This document shows positions 25,024 to 38,457 of a stretch of 64,000 bases of DNA, piece after piece. The notes beneath the pieces were generated by a model. The model was not told the DNA's origin. It did not search any database and saw nothing but the letters and a program-made list of their open reading frames with translations. The position numbers were made by a program, and so were the translations under genes. Origin of the DNA: Octopus vulgaris (lineage: Eukaryota); the NCBI GenBank assembly GCA_951406725.2, contig OX597817.1, forward strand, positions 6,572,001 through 6,636,000, read 5' to 3'. Position 1 is the first letter of the stretch. Every line of letters begins with the position of its first letter.

Positions 25024-28000
25024 ATAATATATATATAGTTTTCAAGAGCTGTAGTATATTAGCTTCCATTTGACAAGTGTGTATCGGTATTTGTGACAGC
25101 GAATTGAAAACAACGGGGCCCCGAATGTCTTTTAGAAAGAGAAAAATTGATTGTTTCTTTTCCCCAAAAACAACAGTTTAATTATATACCTGAGCTAATG
25201 CAAGTTACATTTGTCTGTGTTACTGTGAGCGCAAATTATCAAGTCAACCTACCAAATAATATGCTGCTCAACCAATCAATCATTTATATCTCACTCATGG
25301 CGCTGCATGTTTCATGTGCAAGGCATATATTTTTCATAAACTACACAAATCGATAACTTACTATCAGAGGAACATTTTGCAATACAGTAATAATTTATTC
25401 TATGGACTTCAACAAAGTTTTCTACTTTCGAGTGTTACTAAGAATGTTAATAGACGACTCAAGACTATGGAGAAGTATGTTTCAAGATGCAACGTAGTGG
25501 GTTCGTAACATATATCGCTTCTCTTTACCTCTGTGTGTGTGTCTGTGTGTTTCTTTGTGTGTGTATCCCTGTGGATTTCAGTTTAGTTAGGAATATTACA
25601 TATATATGAAATTTTCTCACACCATGGGTACGTGCAGCTAAAGTACAAGATAAACATTTATTTTATTATAAACAAACGTTAGCTTTATGACAATATTTTC
25701 ACTTCATTCAAGAAAAATAACTTCGTTAAAAATGTAATTTATACTTTGTATATAACCAAACATTGTATTTTACAATGTGATGACGGTAACTACTTATCTG
25801 TTATGAACATGTCAGTAAGTAGTGACAGATTGATTATTACATAACGGAAGAAAACTACGATGTATAATATGTTTGCTTTAAACATGATAATGGCCGATAT
25901 AAGAAAGCAAAACTAACATCTTTTAATCGTCAGATTTGCAATATCCATTTCAAATACCTAGATGCGATGAGAATATTATTCGACACATTCGACACATTAA
26001 TTTTAAGCAACGAATAATAAACAAACGAAAACAACGAGAATCCATTATTTGGTTGCTTGATATGCCAGAAATTGCAGCAAATCTTTCCTAAATTACACTC
26101 GACTCTTCTAGCAAGGCAAGTACGGAAATGCATATTAAATTATACACGATAAATAATTGAAATAACAACCATAATTGAAATGACAATGGTCGGGGCGGGT
26201 GGAAAAGTATACCCGAATTTAATGGGACTTTTCATCCTTGATAATTTGGCTCTCTTTCCACAGCTCTGTACTACATTCAGCTGCCCCATAAGAGTATTTA
26301 AACTGAAAAGAGTTTTGAGCAATAATACAGCCATGTACGCAAACATTATTCTTTTTCTATGTGTAGTTCTTTCGCTCAATATATGATCTAGTATTGGCAT
26401 ATAAGTTCGTGCTATTGTTATGAAAGCTATCACTTAATATATCGACCTCGTGTATTTTCATAGACATCTGCAGCAGTAATAGTAAAAGAAATTCCGTTCT
26501 CAAGATACAAATTCAGGTACATGATTCTATTTTCTGGGAAATAATATGTTACATTACCTATCGTAATAAAGCATGTTTTTCAAAGAAATTACTTAAATTA
26601 TTCAACTAATAATAACTCAAACCTGATATGTTCACGAATTTCTGTTATCTAAATCGACATGCTGTTCGCTTCACCACTTAAGTGTTCCTGTATTATTGGC
26701 TATCCAGGTATAGCGGACACGATGAAATATAATAAAGATCCAATTTGCGGAATGAAACACAAATATTGTGCTACAAAATGAATAGCTCAAATTAGTAGTG
26801 AGGATACTACATAATGGGGGAGCTTTTAGTATGCCTTTATTATCGAGTTCAAATCATCGGCAGTATGTATTTTGGACAGGAATATGTTCCAAGAAAATCA
26901 TTCACTGATATCTAATAAAGATACGTTTTAATTTCACTTATTGTTATGAAATTATATCATTTGAATATCTGTCGTAAAAATGATATCACTATATCACATG
27001 ACTTTATTATACACAAAGCACAGCTTAACATTTTAATTATGTCTTTACCAGTGAAAAAATATCTTCTGTAAATTTATTTACTGGCAGAAACATTAACATA
27101 TAATTTACTATTTGAACTTTAAATGGCATCTCTTTTAAAAACGATATTGCATTTACAATGGCATATTCATTTTCAGACCAATTCACCATAGTTAACAGAA
27201 TTCACCAACGAAACATTCTTCGGTCCCCTATCCTGGTCTCCGAAAGTTTAAACTAACTTTGCTTTTTATACTAGGGTAATAAATACTTTTTTTTATTCTT
27301 AACGCCGATACGTTCTGTTAACAAAATTATCTCGTATAAACCATAAAGACCCTGAGAACATAGAAACAACGTGTTGACGATTAATATACATAATTTATTA
27401 ACCAGGTGGATGTAACTTATTTCTTTCAAGCCAGATCAATTATCCAACACGGCAGTATGGGTGGCTTTTATATTTATCCGCAAGATTTCAATAAAAATAT
27501 GACCGGTAACAGTGACAGACAATTTAATAATTAATAAATTTTAACACTATTTTTGTTGCTAGCTGACAGGTGACATTAGAATGTACAAATTGTAATTGAA
27601 TGTCTTGCTAAACTATATTGCCAAATAATTTCTGTTTAATTATATCGCACATTTTCCTTCGTGCTTTATGGTAAATATTTTACAAATATATATATTTTTT
27701 TTTTCAGTTTAAAAAAAATATGTATTGTGGGTCAAGTTATTTGAATTCTACTGAAAGTTTAACCGAATCTAAGATTTTTAAAGTTATGATATCTTTCGGA
27801 GTTTAATTATTAGATTTTCATTATTAGTTGCGAGGAAACGTCAGGGTCACTGATTGAATTCTTAGAATATCGGACAAAATATAACTTGCCATTTCGCTAC
27901 AGCCATTTACTTTCAGACTTTATATATTTGTGAATTATCTCTGCTTACGATGTCGACCGAATAATTATCAGTCAATATAACTGTCTGTGCCGTCTCCCAA

Positions 28001-29557
28001 AGTGCTAATGATAGAATCAATAATGTCAATGTGAAACACCTACAGTTAATTGGGGTTGTGAAGACATACAGAGAAAACAATGAAATCAAATCAGGCGGAT
28101 ATCGCACCTATTCACTTCACCTTGTCTAGAATCGTCACAAATTTAGAAATTCCACATTAGGTGAGGTGAACAGGTGCGATTAGAGTAGAAGTTTAAATAA
28201 ATATCGTTGATTTCCCTCGTGGCAAAACACCTAATTCCTAACATATTAACAATGATCTTCGAATTATATCTACCATATCATACACTGAGGTTAGTATCCA
28301 AAAGTATGTCTATGCTTTAGATATTGAGAGATCTGCAAACTCTGTCATAGTGGGGTATTGCAAACTTTAACTCCAAACGAAAACCCATGAAACAATAATA
28401 ACTAAATTTGCAGCCAATTCTTTTCAATTGTATTCGGTTATCTGATGTCAACAACAAGATCAAAGTATAAGACACTGGATTTAGATTATGAATTCCTTTG
28501 TGTCTGAGTTCATTATGGAACCAGAAGGATTGCTACAATAACTAAAATATAATGTTATAGAAATAAGCGAAACGGCACGTACAATCGAGGTACATGTTTG
28601 AAAAGTCACCTGAAGAGATATATGTGAAACGATAATGCATGACAATTGGTTGTACAATGTCACCTTTTAGGCACGGGTGCATGATGATTCGAAACAATCG
28701 TAGTGGTCCTGAATAGTCTCGTAACTTCGATATTCTCTCCCTCTCTCGTCATATTGATACATACATACATGCAAACATGCAAACATACATATATGCGTAC
28801 GTATGTACATACATAATAATACATACATACACGTATATGTGTGTATAGGAGCATGAGATAAAGCGTGGAATAACAGTTGCGTGATAAAAGTAACTTGAAT
28901 AGTTCTACAGAGCTTCTTTCATGCATATACTTATATTCTAAATTTAACTTAATGCGCAGCCAAAACAAATGAGTTTAAGGATTTGAATTTTGTATAGTAT
29001 ATGTATAGAGGAGAGGAGGCAGGTGTATGTATATCGGTAAAACAACAAAGTAACGAATGTTTCAAAAGAAGTCTTTTAGAACTATATATATATATATCAA
29101 AATCAACTTGTCTATTATACTTAAAAAGAAAATATCACATTTCATATTGAATAATTTTAGCATATTTTATAATGAACCTGCGAACTTAAAGATAACAATG
29201 AAGTAGAATAAAAAAAAATACTTTCATTGTGACAACAAATAAAATACTTAATATACCGAATGAATTATAAAATATAAAAAAACCCTTTGATATGCATAAC
29301 CTGATTGAGAAAAACATGATATACAAAGGACATATATTATTGCTATATAGTAATGTACTTTAAAAATGAGATAAAACCGACATAGGGCAATATAGGGATG
29401 AAGATACAGGAGTAGTACATAACAAAAATGGACACGGTGTTATGGAAAAGATAATAGTAATGATGATTGATGAAGAGAAAAACTTTATATTACAGTATTA
29501 CTATTGTTTGTGAATGTGACTCCAAAGTTAATAACGTGATACACATCTCTATAACTG

Positions 29558-29591
<34 letters not shown>

Positions 29592-29594
<3 letters not shown>

Positions 29595-29796
29595 CACTTT
29601 TTTGCGTAATAAGAAAAGAACAAGTCTATGTAAATATTAGAGCATTTATAGATAAAAGGTCTTAGAGCTGTTTCTAGGAAACAGCTGTAAGATATTCTGT
29701 ATATCCTAGAAACAGCTGTAAGACCTATCTATCTATAAATGCTCTAATATCTACACATCCTTGGTTTCTTATCTTATTACGCAAAAAATTCTTATA
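29592..29796. mobile_element. ~200 bp palindromic element next to (TA)n with hammerhead 3'-half motifs (GAAACAGCTGTA-agac)
   Basis: ttttttgcgtaataaga...tattagagcatttatagata...ggtcttagagctgtttctagga is the reverse complement of tcctagaaacagctgtaagacc...tatctataaatgctctaata...tcttattacgcaaaaaa. Confidence 0.8.
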
Positions 29797-29950
29797 TGCA
29801 CACACTGACATTGAACCAACGTTGAACCCTTTATTCGCTGTATTACTGAATCTGGATCTTAACTATGGTCTATCTATGGCATTTATTCAGCATTACCTGA
29901 CACTTTTGGGTCTCAATGACACCATTATCTCTTATAACCTCAACTCCTCG

Positions 29951-30028
<78 letters not shown>

Positions 30029-30862
30029 ATGTATATAGAAAGATATTTAATGTAGATACTTGGCAAGGTAATTCGTGGAGAAGATCTCTTCTGAATTACC
30101 TTATCCAAAAGAGCAAGGAAAAGTAAAATAAATCCTACAAAACGATGAAAAATACTCAAGAACTCTATTTAAACAGGCTCTGATTTATTATATAATATAT
30201 ATCCTACAGAATGGCCTTCAGCTAAATATATAGTATACATATAAAACTCATTTATGATGTTTGAGCAAATGTTCATAGAGAATAGATAGAATTATAAGTA
30301 GTACCAAAATATTCTTTTATATTCTGACTTAGGTTTCTTAATTTATGAATGTGGTACTAATACGTAATATATATTCATGCAAAACGTGTAACTACACAGG
30401 ATATGGGACTTGACTATACAAATGTAAAGGAATACATATTTTCATAGGTTTTTTTAAACTGTTTTTTTTATTTTTCAGTGATGTTGCACCCTCCCTTCTT
30501 TTCTTATTTTTTTCCACTCTACCCCCTAAAATGGATTGCATTGAAAGGTCACCAAAACGTGCAAGAAAATGTATTTACAAATATGTTGATAGGTATACAA
30601 TGGAAAGAAAAATGTGTGAAAGGAGAAAGACAAAAAAAATGCTTTGTGGTGAAATGTATGAATATATGCATGTGTATGTATGTATGTATGCATGTATGTA
30701 TGCATGTATGTATGCATGCATGGATGCTAGTATGTATGTATGTATATTTGTATGTATGTTTCTATGTCTTTATGATTTGCTTCAGAAGTTTCGTAGTCTT
30801 GTCATACGAATGAAAGTGCCACGAAGCCGAACCAAATTTTTAATACACACGCGCAGTCACGT

Positions 30863-30905
<43 letters not shown>

Positions 30906-30909
<4 letters not shown>

Positions 30910-31086
30910 ATCCAAACAAGAAAGCACACAAAAACACAACAACGCGAGGACGTGGAACAAATATAGTATTAGTGGACGCCCAGAAAAGAAGGAGGGTTTA
31001 ACGTTTCGAGCAGAGCTCTTCGTCGGAAACATAGGAGAAGGAAAGATCCAGAGAAGGGAAGACAGAGGAAAAAATCGCCAACGGTA
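30906..31086 (-). mobile_element. Penelope pLTR-like short repeat with hammerhead-like motif (30996-31030)
   Basis: Minus strand gttt-CCGACGA-a-gagc tct gctc-GAAACGTT-aaac. The 3' end ggattaac abuts (TA)n. Confidence 0.75.
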
Positions 31087-31216
31087 AACATAGATATATA
31101 GATAAAACACATATGTATATACATACAGATATAAAGAAATTAAAACTCCAGTTCCAGTGGGAGAATACTAGCATCATGCTGGAAACTTTATTTGAATTTA
31201 AATCAAACTGTCTAAC

Positions 31217-31277
<61 letters not shown>

Positions 31278-31503
31278 AGAGGGATGACCACTCGGTGAAC
31301 ATCCACTATGCTAAATGTAGACCCCATATGGTCTGACCACAAACAAAAAATTGCTCTCAAGAAAATTTGGCAAACGCCAGAACGTTAGTGAGCAAGACAA
31401 ATGAAAAGACATAAATTATAATGATTAGTCACATACCAGGTTTCGTCGTTACCATTTACATATTTGAACACGCAGACACACATACACACACACACATACA
31501 TAC

Positions 31504-31592
<89 letters not shown>

Positions 31593-32962
31593 TGATTTGG
31601 AGTAAGAAACAGGGAAATCACTGATGAAGTGAAATATTATTTGCTAGATCTCAACGAGGAAGTGCCCGTGGCCATTGAAGATCTTCTTTAGATGGGTGAT
31701 ATTGATACCATTACTGTACTTCTAAGTTTGTAGCTTAACATTTGTTGCATTGAAATGAGAAGGTAAGAAACGTAAATAAATGAACGTTAAGCAGAATTTG
31801 ACTTCGCGTTCTGGTTATTAGTGTTTTGGTTGGTGGGTACATCAGAAATAATGAGAGGGAAAAGACAATACCTATTTTGGAGAGCCTGATTTGTTGTTGT
31901 AGTATGAACACGGCCATATCGATGGGGCAAAGAGGCTAATATTCAAAAAAGGCAGAGGGAAGAAACAGCAGACCTTTGTGTCGGTTACCTCAGTGGCCCT
32001 TTCCTGAATATGGTTCAGGATGTCATTGTGTACACTGTTCTCAATATGTAAGTAATGCTCCTTTATGAGACTCAACTGATCTTTGTAGATTCTCAATAAT
32101 TGTTGAACACTGAAGTACCACATCCCACCGACTAACATTTAAAGGATGGATTAGTCATGGGGATGCGAACCTAGCTATATTACAAATGGTCTTCTGCTAG
32201 GATAAATTCGTTGTTATAGCGAGACCAAACATTACAACAAACAAATGATGGCGCATATGAAAGGAAGTGCGCGAGAGATATAGAGCTGTGTGTCCTACCG
32301 TTCCCTGATAAATAAAAGGAGGATAGATACGGTTGTTATTTGTACCCGGTAATGCAAAGAATGTAACTAAAAACGTACTGGATTAATTCAATATTCAGAT
32401 ATTACTGTATAAATTATTGTATAAATGTATTATACAATAAGAAGGAGAGGAAAGCAAAAATGGCGAAATACAAACACATCAAAACAATAACTGAGAACAG
32501 CATAAGAGGAAAATAATAACTAACGGAATATGATTGATGATTGCATTAAGTTTATCTAATGTATCAAATTTCAAGTTATCTATTCAACCAAATGTTTAAA
32601 TGTAATTTTTATTTTCAGTTTACTACACATTAAAGCGAATATCACAAAGACGGATGAGTTACGCCGAATAATATGCATGCGGATACTGACAGCTACAAAC
32701 ACAAAAATGCATATTCACTTAGTGAGAGACACTTACATAGTTATTGAAGGTGAAACATGAATATTAAAAACTAGAAGCATATCGAGATATGATTATAGAT
32801 TGTCAGAAAGATAATTATCATATACGTTGTCTATATAGATTGAGATAACCGGAAGAATGCAACACGTCGGACAACAGCATATTTCAGAGAATTCATTCAG
32901 TTAAAGATGAATGTTATCCGACAAAGAACGGAGCTTATATACGTCTATGTTTCTGAATCTGT

Positions 32963-33034
<72 letters not shown>

Positions 33035-33037
<3 letters not shown>

Positions 33038-33300
33038 TAATCCAAATATTAACAAAGAGAAAACACAACAACGCGAGGACGTGGAACAAGTATAGTGTTA
33101 TTGGACGGTCAGGAAAAGGGAGAAAGAAGGAAGACTTTAACGTTTCGAGCGGAGCTCGTCGGCAGAAACATGGAAAAAGGAAAGGGCCAGGGGAAGGGAA
33201 GACATAGAAAGAAAATCGTCAACGCTACACACGCGGTCACATATTGAAATGACCGGAAGGGAATGAGTGAAGAAAAAGTTCTTTAAAAAGACAGGAGAGT
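33035..33300 (-). mobile_element. Penelope pLTR-like short repeat with hammerhead-like motif (33136-33169)
   Basis: Minus strand gttt-CTGCCGA-c-gagc tcc gctc-GAAACGTT-aaag. The 3' end ggattaac abuts (TA)n. The 5' boundary is approximate. Confidence 0.72.
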
Positions 33301-34016
33301 GCAAAAGAAGGAGTTATGTGTGTGTATGTGCGTAAACGCAGGTCTGTACTGTGGTTTTGTGATGCTCTTAATGTCACTGTATTGGAAGTGTTTTACGTAG
33401 GATGTGAGCGGTGCCTAGATATACTATTTTCTGTATGTTATATATACATCTGTTAGTCCTAGTGTGTACGCTATGTATTTGTCTGAATATTTTTTTATCC
33501 CCATTTAAAATACGTTCAAATTTTCTTATTTCGATGCTTAGGTATCAATGTTTGAGAGCTTCGTATGTCACAAGGCGTTTCTTTAATGTATTTTTCAGTA
33601 AAGCCTATGAAGTTTTTTTTGTTTTACTGGATGAACTAATGCTTTTTTTAAATGCATGTAGTCGATATTTATTGAAAAACTCTCAGTACTAAATTGCTAA
33701 ATATTTTATATCTCAAATATAACTAAATAGTCGTAAAAAAAAAAGACAAAAAACAATTCACATTCTGTATGACTTAAAATATAATACTGAAGTCATGAAA
33801 AAATTACGCTTATGTTCATGTGAGTAGATGGACATATCGCGTACTCTGCATGTAGCAAATGAACTGAGGAATCTCTAATGCATTTGCTAAAGAATGTTAG
33901 TAATTGCTGTATAGTCGGAGGATAATTCTTTCGAAGAGCTTACAAATGTCTCAGCTGATATAGCATCAAACAGAGTTACTTGATATTTGATAAACTATAT
34001 CTATCCATGTATACGT

Positions 34017-34017
<1 letters not shown>

Positions 34018-34103
<86 letters not shown>

Positions 34104-34112
34104 ACTAACTAA

Positions 34113-34179
<67 letters not shown>

Positions 34180-34192
34180 ACTAACTAACTAA

Positions 34193-34284
<92 letters not shown>

Positions 34285-34374
34285 ATATATATATCTATTT
34301 ATCTACCTATCTGTCTGTCTACATATCTGTCTGTCTATCTATCTATCTATCTATCTATCCATCTATCTATCTAT
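34018..34374. repeat. (CTAT)n microsatellite with (CTAA) interruptions
   Basis: Read directly from the sequence. Confidence 0.98.
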
Positions 34375-36100
34375 CTTCCGCGGTTGGATCGCTGCCTTGT
34401 ATAGCGGCATCCGATCGGTGATTCGGGTGAACGGTCACCTGTCGAAACCGTTTGACATCACGCGTTCGGTCCGTCAGGGGTGTCCCCTGTCGGCGCTTCT
34501 GTATGTATTGACTCTCGAGCCGCTACTGCGGAAGCTGGCGACGCTGAGGGGCATCCCACGGGAACTGGGTTGCGGGACGAGCGCGTCGGCATATGCGGAC
34601 GATGTCACCGTCATAGTGTCGAGCGACAAACACATCAAGATGATAGGCGAGACACTAAGAAAATGCGAAACGGTGACGGGAGCAAAGATTAACCCGGAAA
34701 AGTCAGTGGGTTTGCTACTCGGCACCTGGAGAACCAAGCCCATGCCATCCGACTTCGGCTCAGTAGTGGGACGCTGGACGGACGGACCGGTTAAATTGCT
34801 CGGGGTCTGGTTCAGTCCGGACCTCCAAATGGATAAGAACTGGGACGAGATCACGAGTAGAGTGGTCGCTCTCAGCCAAACATGGGCCGAGAGAAAGCTG
34901 TCTCTAAAAGGCCGGGCGGAGGTGGCGAACGCGTACATCGCATTCGTCATCGATTACCGCCTGACCGTCGTACCTTGTCCCGACGCCACCATCACCAAAC
35001 TGGAACGCATACTCTTACGCTTCCTGTGGAAGGGTGGCGTTCCGATGGTGAGGAAGTCCATTTGCTGTCAACATCCGTTGAATGGAGGACTGGGCATGCC
35101 GTGGTTGATGATGCGCAGGCATGCGCTGAGACTGCGACATCTCTGGAACTTCATCGACGACGGTGAACAGGTGTGGGCGCCGTTTGTGAGGCGCGACTTC
35201 CCGCAGCTCGTCTCACTGACCGAACTGCAAACGTGGATCAAAAAGAGACCGAAACTGGGCGATTGGCACCGAGAGTGTCGCCATGCTCTACAGCAGCTCT
35301 GCCGACCGGTGTCAAACTTGTGCAACTTACAAACGACTAAAGCGTTCTATAGAGGACTAGTGGAGGGGAGGTCCGACGACACACTCGGGGCAAACCTGGG
35401 CGTCGACGAGGAATTCCTAACCCGCCTGTTCAGGACGACGTTCGGGCCGGGGCCTATGGATAACTTCCAGAAATCCCTGGCTTGGCAGTGCTATCGAGAC
35501 GCACTACCTGTTCGAGAGAAGAGCTACAGACACGGTTCGAAAACCATCACGGGACCGACCTGCCCGAGATGCGGTCAGAGCGACGAAACCGTTCTGCACG
35601 CACTCGTGCAGTGTCCAGATATTTCAGAGCTGTGGTCCTTCGTCGAACAGCTGTTGTCACGTGTAAGTCGGGCTCGCCTATCGGCCGAGTCTATCGTGAA
35701 TATTGTTCCACCACCTTCCTTTAAACGGGAAATGAAAACGGTTTTCGTTATGCTGATGGCTATGGCGAAAGAACGTGTGTGGTGGACGCGTTTGAAAGGA
35801 CTGCAAACAAACACCTTCCTCTCTGGTCAGTCTCTCGTCAACTTTTTCAAGTACCACTTGAAAAGGAGGATGAGAATAGAGAAGAAGGCTTTGTCGAACG
35901 AATGTTTTAATAAAAAGTGGGTAAAAGTGGCATAAATGGTCAGTATGAAAGACGACACTATTTTAAGCATAAATCTGTAACCAAAAGAGACAACGAGAAG
36001 TAAGGCGACTTACTCATGTGCTTTTTTCGAATTGTCTGAGGTTACCTTGGTCCTTTTTGTAGGTTTTTCTTTCCAAGGCTACACCTAAACTGTGAACCTT

Positions 36101-36152
<52 letters not shown>

Positions 36153-36304
36153 CTTTTTTATACACCACACAACCCACAGATCCCTATTGATCAAACGTTT
36201 TTTTTTTTTTGTGCCCCACCTATCCCACCTCGAAAAGAAAAATTCTACATTGTATTTCGTCCATTTTTATTCTGTGTTTAGCCCTGTGTGGCTACAATAA
36301 AAAG
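34375..36304 (+). mobile_element. Tx1/L1-clade LINE copy 1, 5'-truncated (RT C-half, CCHC, 3'UTR)
   Basis: ORF 34397-35935 has VRQGCPLSALLY, AYADD, KINPEKS, LSLKGR, GGLGMP and CPRCGQSDETVLHALVQC. The 3'UTR ends aataaaaag followed by (tatc)n. Confidence 0.95.
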
Positions 36305-36404
36305 TTATCTATATATATATCTATCTATCTATTTATCTACCAATCTGTCTGTCTACATATCTGACTGTCTATCTATCTATCTATCTATCCATCTATCTAT
36401 CTAT

Positions 36405-38377
36405 CTTCCGCGGCTGGATAGCTGCCTTGTACAGAGGCATCCGTTCGGGAATTCGCGTGAATGGACATCTATCGAGACCTTTCAACATTGCACGTTCGGT
36501 CCGTCAGGGATGCCCCCTCTCGGCGCTTCTATACGTATTGACTATTGAGCCACTACTGCGGAAGATGGCGACGCTGAGGGGCATCCCGCGAGAATTGGGA
36601 TGCGGGACGAGCATGTCTGCATACGCGGACGACGTCACCGTCATAGTGTCAAGCCACGAGCACATCGAGCGGGTCGGCGAGACACTGAAAGACCACGAAG
36701 AGGTGACAGGACCAAAAATCAACCGGGAAAAGTCAGTGGGCTTACGGCTCGGCACCTAGAGAAGCAAGCCCATGCCGTCCACTAGTACCTCCGTCGTGGG
36801 ACGCTGGACAGACGGCCCGGTTGAGTTCCTCGGGGTCTGGTTCGGTCCGGACCTCCAAATGGAGAAGAACTGGAACGAGATAAAGAGTAGGGTGGTCACT
36901 CTCGCCCGGCAATGGGCCGAGAGGAAACTGTCCCTAAAAGGTCGGACGGAGGTGGCGAACACATACATCGCGTCCATCATCTACTACCGCCTGACCGTCG
37001 TACCTTGTCCTGACCCTACCATCACCAAACTAGAACGCATTCTCTTCCGCTTCTTGTGGAAAGGATGCGTCCCGATGGTCAGGCGATCCATTTGCTGTCA
37101 ACACCCGTTAAAAGGAGGGCTGGGCATGCCGTGGTTGATGATGCGCAGACACGCGCTTAGACTGCGACATCTCCGGCTCTATGTAAACGACGGTGAACAG
37201 GTGTGGTCGCCGTTTGTGAGGCACGCGTTCCCGCAGCTCGTCTCCATGACCGAACTGCAGTCGTGGATCAAAAAGCGGCCTAGGAAGGGCGAATGGCACC
37301 GCGAGTGTCGCGTTGCTCTCAAGCAACTCTGCCGTCCCGGGTCAACCTTGAGTGACTTCAACACAACCAAAGCATTCTATAGGGGATTAGTGGAGGGGAG
37401 GTACGATGACGATCTTGGGGCAAACCTGGGCGTCGACGAGGAATACCTGACCCGCCTGTTTGAAACGACTTTCGGGCCGGGACCTATGGACAACTTCCAG
37501 AGATCCCTGGCCTGGCAGTGCTACCGAGAAGCGCTACCCGTTCGGGATAAGCTCTATAGGCATGGCACGAGAAACACGGGGCCGATCTGCCCGAGATGCG
37601 GGCAGAGCGACGAAACCGCTCTGCACGCAATCGTGCAGTGTCCAACAATCTCCGACCTGTGGGCTTATGTCGAACGACTGCTGTCACGTGTGGGACGTGT
37701 CGGTTTATCAGTCGAGTCTATCTTTAATATCGCCACGCCTCCTTCCTTCAAACGGGAAGGAAGAGCTATTTTTATCATACTTGTGGCTATGGCGAAAGAA
37801 TGTATCTGGTGGACGCGCCTGAAAGGATTAGAGACAAACACTTTCCTCTCTGGTCAATCTCTCATCAACTTCTTCAAGTATCACTTGAAGACGAAAGTGA
37901 GAGTAGAGAGGCAAGTTTTGTCTAGTGAATGCTTTAAAAAAAGATGGGTGAATGTAGCAAGGATGGCACGTTTGAATGACGAGGCCACCTTGACTATGAT
38001 TCTATGAACCGTAAAAATTAATACAGAGAGTTGCTTATTTGCAAAAAAAAAAGAAATATAACATGTGACTTCATTGACCGAGGTTACCGTTGTCTTTTCC
38101 GTAGGCTTTTCTTTCCACGGATAAACCTCACCTGTCCTCCCCTTTACACTTCACATTGACATTTCTGTGATAACGATCGCTATTGATCAATTTTTTTTCC
38201 TTTCCCCCTTTTTTTTGTTTTGTTTTAATTTTATCCCCCCTTTTTTGTCCTCTTTCTTTTCTTTTACGATCCCTTTTGATCGAAAACCAAACTGCCTTTT
38301 TTTTACCCCCAAAAGAAAAGCTCTACCTTGTAATATGTCCTGTCTGTGTGCAGCCCTGTGTGGCTAATAAAGAAACA
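36405..38377 (+). mobile_element. Tx1/L1-clade LINE copy 2, 5'-truncated, different subfamily
   Basis: Same motifs across ORFs 36427-36759 and 36772-38007, with one TGG->TAG stop at 36757-36759. Ends aataaagaaaca followed by (tatc)n. Confidence 0.95.
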
Positions 38378-38436
<59 letters not shown>

Positions 38437-38457
38437 ATATATATATATATATATATC

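Noticed and set aside
25930-26433. Overlapping 67-97 aa ORFs in unique sequence
   Set aside because: Lengths are compatible with chance, with no homology or splice support.
31760-32200. Non-repetitive, coding-looking block (88 aa minus ORF)
   Set aside because: No recognisable motif or convincing splice pair in the frames I translated; may be an old TE remnant.
34474-37822. Antisense and alternate-frame ORFs over the Tx1 copies
   Set aside because: Shadow ORFs of GC-rich coding sequence with no independent motifs.
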